This document shows positions 57,155 to 64,000 of a DNA stretch of 64,000 bases, piece by piece. The stretch is from Clostridiaceae bacterium (lineage in GTDB: Bacteria; Bacillota; Clostridia; TANB77; CAG-508). Location of the stretch: NCBI GenBank assembly GCA_021771025.1, contig JAETPW010000007.1, forward strand, positions 60,744 through 124,743. Reading direction: 5' to 3'. A program made the position numbers and the translations under genes. How positions within the stretch are numbered: position 1 is the first letter of the stretch; every line of letters begins with the position of its first letter. Below the pieces are notes generated by a model. It saw only the letters and a list, made by a program, of their open reading frames with translations. It was not told where the DNA came from and ran no database searches.

Positions 57155-57649
57155 ATGTTAAGTATCATAGTTGCGAAAGCAAAAAACAATATCATCGGAA
57201 AAGACAATCAATTATTATGGAAATTACCAGATGACTTACGAAGATTTCAAGCCTTAACCACAGGTCATACCATTATCATGGGAAGAAAAACATTTGAATC
57301 AATAGGTAGAGTATTGCCAAACCGCAAACACATCATTTTAAGCCAAAATCCAGATTTTAAAGTAGAAGCTGAGAACGTAGAAGTAGTACATTCTATGTTT
57401 CAAATTCAAGAATACATAGAAAGTAACGAAGAATGTTTTGTCATAGGAGGAGCAATGATTTACAATTTGCTTATGCCATACGTAACCAAAATGTACGTAA
57501 CCGAAATAGACAAAGAATTTGAAGGAGATGCGTTCTTTCCCAAAATTAATCTTGATGTATGGCAAGAAGTAGCAAGAGAAAAAGGACCAGAAGATGAAGG
57601 CGTGCATTTTGATTATGACTATGTGACATATGAAAAAGTGTCTAATTAG
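57155..57649 (+). CDS. folA: dihydrofolate reductase
   Basis: LSIIVAKAKNNIIGKDNQLLWKLPDDLRRFQALTTGHTIIMGRKTFESIG. Confidence 0.9.
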   Translation: MLSIIVAKAKNNIIGKDNQLLWKLPDDLRRFQALTTGHTIIMGRKTFESIGRVLPNRKHIILSQNPDFKVEAENVEVVHSMFQIQEYIESNEECFVIGGAMIYNLLMPYVTKMYVTEIDKEFEGDAFFPKINLDVWQEVAREKGPEDEGVHFDYDYVTYEKVSN

Positions 57650-57650
57650 G

Positions 57651-57710
57651 CATGTCCAATTGGGGACATTTTTGTCCAATTAGGGACGGTTCTTTTTTGG
57701 ACATTTTTCA
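57651..57710. repeat. repeat family R-related copy (GTCCAATTGGGGACA / TTAGGGACGGTTC)
   Basis: Read directly from the sequence; a related short form lies at 50243-50280. Confidence 0.55.
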
Positions 57711-57732
57711 CAAAGATAAATTAACTTTAGCT

Positions 57733-57768
57733 AAAAAAACCACGAGCATAAATACGTGGTTTTTTTTG
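57733..57768 (+). terminator. rho-independent terminator
   Basis: ACCACGAGCATAAATACGTGGT followed by a T8 run. Confidence 0.6.
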
Positions 57769-57824
57769 TGTGTGATAAATTCTGCATTTTTGGGCAAACT
57801 AAACAAAAAGCAAGGAGGAAAAAG

Positions 57825-58823
57825 ATGTTTAAACCACAAGCTATCTATTATGAAAAAGATATTTTAACCTATCCACTAGGAAAAGAGTTAATGCAAAAAT
57901 ATGAAGAAGTACCTAAATTTGAAATAGAAAATCACAATAATATAGAAGAAATGAGAAAAAAAGAAAATGCAGAATTTCCCTTTTTAAAACGCAACCTAAT
58001 CATCGGAACGCGAAAAACACATAAATACGTAGAAAATCATAAAGTATCGGATTACCTAGTACCCTATACTTCATCAGGTTGTACAGCATCCTGTCTATAT
58101 TGCTACTTAGTCTGCAATTATAACAAATGTGCGTACTTACGCCTGTTTGTCAATCGTGAACAAATGCTAGAAAAAATCATCAAAACAGCCGAAAAAGCAG
58201 ACAAAGAATTAACGTTTGAAATAGGAAGTAATAGTGATCTAATCCTAGAAAATACAATAACCGGAAATCTAGTCTGGACGATTGAAAATTTTAGTCATAC
58301 GACTCAAGGAAAATTAACCTTTCCCACTAAATTCGATATGGTAGATGACCTTCTTCCTTTAGATCATCAAGGGAAAGTAATTGTAAGAATGAGTGTAAAT
58401 CCACAAGAAATAATCCAAAAAGTAGAATTTGGAACGTCTCGTTTAGCAGGAAGAATACAAGCCATCAATAAGCTAAAACAAGCAGGTTATCCACTAGGAA
58501 TCTTAATTGCTCCTGTCATCTTCGTAGACAATTGGAAAGAACTGTATGGTGAGTTAATCCAAACATTAGCTGAAAAATTATCCGAGGAAGTGAAAAAAGA
58601 CGTATTTTTCGAAATCATCTTTATGACCTATAGTTACATTCATACCAAAATAAATGAAGAAGCATTTCCCAATGCCATTTCCTTATACGACAAAGAAAAA
58701 ATGACAGGAAGAGGTAGAGGAAAATATTGGTATAAAGAACAGTTAAGAAAAGAAGGAGAAATCTTTTTCCGTGAGAAAATGAAACAATACTTTCCAGAAA
58801 ATCAGATTTTATATATTGTGTAA
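57825..58823 (+). CDS. splB: spore photoproduct lyase (radical SAM)
   Basis: MFKPQAIYYEKDILTYPLGKEL N-terminus and the CTASCLYC radical-SAM cluster; about 333 aa. Confidence 0.8.
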   Translation: MFKPQAIYYEKDILTYPLGKELMQKYEEVPKFEIENHNNIEEMRKKENAEFPFLKRNLIIGTRKTHKYVENHKVSDYLVPYTSSGCTASCLYCYLVCNYNKCAYLRLFVNREQMLEKIIKTAEKADKELTFEIGSNSDLILENTITGNLVWTIENFSHTTQGKLTFPTKFDMVDDLLPLDHQGKVIVRMSVNPQEIIQKVEFGTSRLAGRIQAINKLKQAGYPLGILIAPVIFVDNWKELYGELIQTLAEKLSEEVKKDVFFEIIFMTYSYIHTKINEEAFPNAISLYDKEKMTGRGRGKYWYKEQLRKEGEIFFREKMKQYFPENQILYIV

Positions 58824-58858
58824 TACAAAGAAAAAAGGAAAAAAGAAAAAAGAAAAAG

Positions 58859-58910
58859 AGGGAAGAAGGGGGACGCCCCTTTTTTCCCTATACAATTTTC
58901 CCTATTTTTC
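58859..58910. repeat. repeat family B copy
   Basis: GGGAAGAAGGGGGACGCCCCTTTTTTCCCTAT. Confidence 0.6.
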
Positions 58911-58987
58911 AATCCATTGGTTATTATTCACAGCTTGCTGAAATTGGTAACCGTGTAAAAAAGGAAGCCTAGCTAATGGTGATCATA

Positions 58988-59106
58988 TTAATTTAACCTT
59001 CCATAGCAGGGTCAATTTAAAACCCTTAGGTCCCTCACATGGAAGCCTGTTATCGGGTTTTAAGCCTAACGTGGGTCTTAGGGAACTGTCAGGTATAAAT
59101 TATAAC
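58988..59106. repeat. family S copy 3 (core only, lacks the long terminal inverted repeats)
   Basis: AATTTAACCTTCCATAGCAGGGTCAATTTAAAACCCTTAGGTCCCTCACATGGAAGCCTGTTATCGGGTTTTAAGCCTAACGTGGGTCTTAGGGAACTGTCAGG. Confidence 0.7.
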
Positions 59107-59199
59107 AACTATTAATCAAAGCCAAAAATCTTACTCATAGACATCTTGCTAATCCCTACCGAATATGATAAAATAAACCCAAACAAAGGAGGGATATTT

Positions 59200-59902
59200 A
59201 TGCCCTATATCGAATTTAACCATGTACATAAAGAGTATCAGATGGGAGAAATCGTCATCAATGCCCTTAAAGACACTAACTTTCAAATAGAAAAAGGAGA
59301 ACTAGTCGTTATTGTTCGGCCCAAGTGGAGCAGGAAAAACCACCACATTAAACATATTAGGGGGAATGGACACAGCAACATCAGGAGAAGTCTGGGTAGA
59401 TGGGAAAGAAGTAACCAAACTAAAAAATAAAGAATTAATTCAATATCGTAGAGAAGATATTGGGTTTGTTTTTCAATTCTATAACTTAGTCCAAAACTTA
59501 ACAGCAATTGAAAATGTAGAATTGGCCACACAAATTTGTAAAGACTCACTAGATCCCAAAGAAGTAATGAAAAAAGTAGGTCTAGAGGATCGTATGAAAA
59601 ATTTTCCCTCTCAATTATCAGGAGGAGAACAGCAAAGAGTTGCCATAGCAAGGGCAATCGCGAAACATCCCAAATTGTTACTATGCGACGAACCAACGGG
59701 AGCTCTAGATTATAAAACAGGTAAACAAATTTTACAATTATTGCAAGATATGGCACGAAAAGAAAACATGACAGTCTTAATTATTACCCATAATGGAGCG
59801 TTAGCCCCAATGGCAGACAAAGTCATTCACTTCAAAAATGGTACGGCCCAAGACATTCAAAAAAATGAACACCCAATTCCTATTCAAGAAATCGAATGGT
59901 AA
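59200..59902 (+). pseudogene. ABC transporter ATP-binding protein (MacB/LolD-like), +1 frameshift in the P-loop region near 59310-59316
   Basis: The ORF from 59200 reads ...GELVVIVRPKWSRKNHH and then stops. ORF 59312-59902 begins FGPSGAGKTTTLN. Deleting one C in GTTCGGCCCAAGT restores the VGPSGAGKTTT frame. Signature [14 protein letters not shown]. Confidence 0.7.
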
Positions 59903-59927
59903 TAAAATGAAATTCGATAGCCACCCT

Positions 59928-59972
59928 GTCCCTAAAATGACAAAATGACCAAAATTTACCCCGTCCCCAATC
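59928..59972. repeat. repeat family A copy, reverse orientation
   Basis: The reverse complement reads ATTGGGGACGGGGTAAATTTTGGTCATTTTGTCATTTTAGGGACAGGGTGG. Confidence 0.7.
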
Positions 59973-59992
59973 TGGCAAAAGGAGGAGATACC

Positions 59993-62900
59993 ATGAAAAA
60001 GGCATTAAGAAAAGATACCGTTAAGGAAATTAAAAATACGTTTAAGCGTTTTTTATCCATTTTGTTAATGGCTTTTTTAGGTGTTGGTTTTTTTGCAGGA
60101 ATTAAAGCGACTTCTCCTGATATGGTGGAAACGATTGATGCTTTTTATCGTGAGCAAAGGGTCAATGATTTACAAGTAATTTCTACTTTAGGATTAACGA
60201 ATGAAGATCTAGAAGAACTAAAGAGTATTGATGAGGTAGAAGAGGTTCAGGGGAATTTTTCAGCTGATGCTAAGATTGAGTTAGAAAATAAAGAGATTAT
60301 TGCTAAAGTAATGACTTACCTACCGATGAATAAACCAATTTTATTAGAGGGAAAATACCCTGAAACAGAGAATGAGTGTGTGGTAGAAAAGAGTTTTTTG
60401 ACTCATTTGCAGAAACAAATGGGAGATAGTTTGGTTATTGAAATAGAAGATACTAAAAATGACAAAGGAGAAGCGGTACCTTTTTTACAACAAAAAGAAG
60501 TGACTATTGTTGGTATAGTAAGTAGTCCAATGTATATTTCACGTGATCGTGGTACGAGTAAACTGGGAAATGGAAAGGTAGATTATTATCTTTATGTTTC
60601 TCCTCAAAATATTAGTGCATCTGAAATTTATACAGAAATGAATATTAAAATACAAGGAACAGAAGGACTCATTACTTCTGAGCAAGCTTATGAGAATCGT
60701 GTAGAGGATGTTAAGCAAAACATAGAAGCCATTAAACAGAGGCGTGAACAAGCAAGATATGAGGCTTTAGTGGGAATGGCAACAAAACAAGTAGAAGAAG
60801 CGGAAAATGAGTTTCTTAAGAAAAAGCAAGAGGCAGAAAATAAGATAGCAGAGGCTAAACAAGAGATTGAATCAGCTAAACAAGAGTTATTGCAAGGTAA
60901 ACAAGAATTAGAAATACAAAAAAATAAAGCAGAGACTAGTTTTCAGCAAGCAGATAAGCAGTTAAAACAAGCAGAATTTGATTTAGCTAAAAAAGAAAAA
61001 GAACTAACGAAAAAAGAACAAGAGGCGAATTCTAGTTTTACTTCGTTAGAACAACAAAAACAAAGTTTACGAGAACAAGAGAGTGAGATTCAAACTGGGC
61101 TAGCCCAAGTAAAACAAGGAATAGCAGGTTATGAACAAGCTTTGCAGGATTCTTCTTTATCTGAGGCACAGAAACAAATAATCGAGCAGCAGAAAAAGAA
61201 ATTAGAAGAACAAAAAGAACAGTTAGAGCAAAATAAATTACAGGTAACGCAGGGAATTGCCCAAATAGAAAACGGAATTACCCAAGGAAGACAAGAATTA
61301 TCTCAAGGAAAAAGGCAACTAAATGAGGCAAAAAAACAATTACAAACGAAGAAACAAGAACTAACCCAAACCAAACAAAACACAAATGCTAAGTTAACTA
61401 AAGGAGAAAATGACTTAACCACGGCTAACCAAAAAATTGAGCAAGGAGAACAAGAATTAACGAAACAAGAAGAAGAGGCAAATACTGAACTAGCAAGTGC
61501 TGAGCAAAAATTGATGGAAGCTAGAGATGAAATTAGCCAGATAGAACATCCTAAATGGTACATATTAGATCGCTATGGTAATGCGGGTTACACTAGTTTT
61601 ATCCAAGATACAGAAAGTGTAGCCAATATTGGAAAAGTATTTCCTGTGGTGTTTTTTGTGGTAGCTACTTTAATTTCCCTTACTTCTATGACTAGAATGG
61701 TAGAAGAACAAAGAACGCAAATAGGAACCTTAAAGGCGTTAGGGTATAATAAAATACAAATTGCAGGAAAGTATTTGTTATATGCGTCACTTGCTTGCTT
61801 AATTGGTGGATTTTTGGGCATGAGTGTTGGCTTTGTTTTATTACCTAAAATTATTTGGATGATGTATGGCATGATGTATCAAATTTCCGAAATTCACTTA
61901 AACTTTAATTGGGTATATGGAGGAACTGGTTTATTACTGATTAGCCTTTGTATTGTAGGAGCGACATTATATGCAGTGATGATGGAACTTATTCATACGC
62001 CAGCCACGCTCATGAGGCCAAAGGCTCCTAAAATGGGAAAACGAGTTTTGCTAGAGAAAATCCCGTTTATTTGGAAACATTTGCGTTTTTCCCAAAAAGT
62101 AACGGTACGCAATCTATTTCGCTATAAAAAACGATTTCTCATGACAATTATAGGAATTTTAGGTTGTACCTCTCTTATTCTAGCCGGATTTGGTTTACGT
62201 GATTCCATTCGCTCTATTTTGCCTAGTCAATACCAAAAAGTCTTTCATTATGATGAACAAATTAATTTAAAAAATAATTTACAGCAGGGGCAAAAAGAAG
62301 AATTAATTCGCTCTCTAGCAAACCTTGAGCCTGATGAAAAATCTCAAGAAAAAACTAAGGAAGAACTAAACAATCAATCACGCATGGAGGTTAAAAACGA
62401 AAAAGATAAATCAACTATCGTAGAAACACATATGACATCAGGAAAAGCAATTTCCGCTAAGGGGGAAGAAGAAGTTCAATTTATTGTTCCTAGCCAAGCA
62501 CAGGAAATTGATCAAGTCATTAAATTAAATGATATCAAAACAAAAGAAACTTTAACCTTAGGCCCAAATGATGTATTCTTAAGTGATAAAGCAGCGAAAT
62601 TGCTAGGTGTTAAAGAAGGAGATACCCTTACCATAGAAGACAGCAATGAAGTAAAAAAAGAAGTAAAAATCACCCATATTGTGGAAAATTACATTTATCA
62701 CTTTGTTTATATGGCAAAAGATTTATACGAAACCATGTATGAAGAACCTTATGAGACCAATGTTTTATTAACAAAGGAAATCAATTTATCAGCAGAAGAA
62801 ATCATGCAAATGCCACAGGTAGCCTCAGTAAGTCAAGTTTCCTCTATGGTAGAAATGATACAAGATACCATGGATTCTCTTAACTATGTAGTCATTGTAT

Positions 62901-63280
62901 TAATTGTATCAGCCGGACTATTAGCCTTTGTGGTATTATATAATTTATCCAATGTCAATATTAGCGAAAGAATTCGTGAATTAGCTACCATTAAAGTATT
63001 AGGATTTTACGATAAAGAAGTATACTCCTATGTAACTCGAGAAACCGTTATCTTAAGCCTAATAGGAATCCTCTTTGGCTTAGTTGCAGGATATTTTTTA
63101 AATGCGTTTATCATCGGAACTTGTGAAATCAATATGTTACGATTTAGCCGAACTATACAGCCAATGAGTTATGTATATTCAGCTCTTATCACCATAGGAT
63201 TTACCTTAATCGTTAACCTAGTAACCTATTTTTCGCTAAAGAAAATCGACATGATAGAAAGCCTAAAAACTGTAGAATAA
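59993..63280 (+). CDS. ABC transporter permease, FtsX/MacB-like, with a huge coiled-coil extracytoplasmic domain (YhgE/Pip-like)
   Basis: Start placed at MKKALRKD with a GGAGGAG RBS; the upstream in-frame codons lie in repeat A. Two FtsX-like 4-TM blocks flank a roughly 350-aa Gln/Glu/Lys-rich coiled coil. Confidence 0.8.
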   Translation: MKKALRKDTVKEIKNTFKRFLSILLMAFLGVGFFAGIKATSPDMVETIDAFYREQRVNDLQVISTLGLTNEDLEELKSIDEVEEVQGNFSADAKIELENKEIIAKVMTYLPMNKPILLEGKYPETENECVVEKSFLTHLQKQMGDSLVIEIEDTKNDKGEAVPFLQQKEVTIVGIVSSPMYISRDRGTSKLGNGKVDYYLYVSPQNISASEIYTEMNIKIQGTEGLITSEQAYENRVEDVKQNIEAIKQRREQARYEALVGMATKQVEEAENEFLKKKQEAENKIAEAKQEIESAKQELLQGKQELEIQKNKAETSFQQADKQLKQAEFDLAKKEKELTKKEQEANSSFTSLEQQKQSLREQESEIQTGLAQVKQGIAGYEQALQDSSLSEAQKQIIEQQKKKLEEQKEQLEQNKLQVTQGIAQIENGITQGRQELSQGKRQLNEAKKQLQTKKQELTQTKQNTNAKLTKGENDLTTANQKIEQGEQELTKQEEEANTELASAEQKLMEARDEISQIEHPKWYILDRYGNAGYTSFIQDTESVANIGKVFPVVFFVVATLISLTSMTRMVEEQRTQIGTLKALGYNKIQIAGKYLLYASLACLIGGFLGMSVGFVLLPKIIWMMYGMMYQISEIHLNFNWVYGGTGLLLISLCIVGATLYAVMMELIHTPATLMRPKAPKMGKRVLLEKIPFIWKHLRFSQKVTVRNLFRYKKRFLMTIIGILGCTSLILAGFGLRDSIRSILPSQYQKVFHYDEQINLKNNLQQGQKEELIRSLANLEPDEKSQEKTKEELNNQSRMEVKNEKDKSTIVETHMTSGKAISAKGEEEVQFIVPSQAQEIDQVIKLNDIKTKETLTLGPNDVFLSDKAAKLLGVKEGDTLTIEDSNEVKKEVKITHIVENYIYHFVYMAKDLYETMYEEPYETNVLLTKEINLSAEEIMQMPQVASVSQVSSMVEMIQDTMDSLNYVVIVLIVSAGLLAFVVLYNLSNVNISERIRELATIKVLGFYDKEVYSYVTRETVILSLIGILFGLVAGYFLNAFIIGTCEINMLRFSRTIQPMSYVYSALITIGFTLIVNLVTYFSLKKIDMIESLKTVE

Positions 63281-63372
63281 ATTTATACAAAACCAAGTAT
63301 ATACCTCATAAAAGAGGAATATCACTTAATTTAGTTTGATCAATATACCAATAAATGAAGGAGTGAAAGAAA

Positions 63373-63885
63373 ATGAGTGGAGAAAAACGAAAAGACTATT
63401 TATCATGGGATGAATATTTTATGGCGATTGCTAAATTATCTGCCATGAGAAGTAAAGATCCATCAACACAAGTAGGAGCCTGCATAGTTAGTGATGACAA
63501 TCGAATTTTATCCATAGGTTACAATGGAGCACCAAATGGATTTAGTGACGATAAATTTCCTTGGGCAAGAGAAGGGAATCATCTAGAGACTAAATATCCA
63601 TACGTATGCCATGCAGAAATGAATGCTATTTTGAATTTTAGAGGAACGAAAAGAGACCTAGACAAAGCTAAAATATATGTTGATTTATTTCCTTGTAATG
63701 AATGTGCTAAAATCATCATCCAATCTGGAATAAAAGAAGTCATCTATCGATCAGACAAATATTATGACACAGAAGAAAACAAGGCATCTCGCAGATTATT
63801 AGATGAATGTAAAGTAGCCTACCACAAAATTAAACTAAAAGAAAATCGAGAAATACAAATCAACTTATTAGAAACAGAAACTTAA
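63373..63885 (+). CDS. deoxycytidylate (dCMP) deaminase, ComEB family
   Basis: CDA zinc motifs HAEMNAI and PCNECAKII. Confidence 0.85.
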   Translation: MSGEKRKDYLSWDEYFMAIAKLSAMRSKDPSTQVGACIVSDDNRILSIGYNGAPNGFSDDKFPWAREGNHLETKYPYVCHAEMNAILNFRGTKRDLDKAKIYVDLFPCNECAKIIIQSGIKEVIYRSDKYYDTEENKASRRLLDECKVAYHKIKLKENREIQINLLETET

Positions 63886-63930
63886 CATTTGTCTCAATAA
63901 CTTTTACAGAATAATAGTTTTGAGGAATAA

Positions 63931-64000
63931 GTCCGCTCCAAAGTGAGATGTTTGCTACTTCTTTTTTGATTCATTTAGTATTTCATAGCGTGGTCTTTTT
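63931..64000. repeat. family S-related element, truncated by the window end
   Basis: AAGTCCGCTCCAAAGTGAGATG...TTTCATAGCGTGGTC parallels the left end and core start of family S. Confidence 0.45.

Noticed and set aside
1-64000. CRISPR array
   Set aside because: The recurring repeats (families A, B, R, S, L) are irregularly spaced, differ from each other, and are not separated by uniform unique spacers. No cas genes are present.

Overview
This window is an AT-rich (about 30% GC) chromosomal segment from a low-GC Gram-positive spore-former (Clostridia-like: spoIIM, spoVAC-AD-AEb, spore photoproduct lyase). Core genes, mostly on the + strand, include rbgA, mini-RNase III, tRNA-Glu, a P-type Ca-ATPase, alpha-glucan phosphorylase, tmcAL, rnhA, xerD, infC-rpmI-rplT, rsmB, a complete type IV pilus cluster (pilM/N, pilO-like, four pilin-like genes, pilD, pilB, pilT, pilC), ftsEX with two M23 peptidases and ctpA, pgsA, greA, ftsZ, a two-component system, thyA-folA, splB, and an ABC efflux ATPase/permease pair. 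Accessory content is: (i) a standalone TIR-domain gene (5266-6135) bracketed by structured repeats; (ii) a tRNA-Tyr(GUA) interrupted by a roughly 229-nt group I intron (44251-44565), followed by a 4.5-kb AT-rich islet bounded by perfect 34-bp direct repeats. The islet carries a YraN-like small nuclease, two decayed genes, and an operon of a DUF1016 (YhcG) PD-(D/E)xK nuclease plus a 601-aa protein with a DUF4365/Mrr-like N-terminus. That operon is a candidate undescribed defence module. The intergenic space is densely populated by several families of structured repeats: a roughly 200-nt MITE-like element with covarying 45-50-bp terminal inverted repeats; GGGGACG-core palindromic elements occurring about 20 times and only in intergenic DNA; and a conserved roughly 80-nt leader containing a hairpin and a 9-codon uORF in front of four unrelated genes. 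pilT and an ABC ATPase each carry a single-base frameshift with the same signature.
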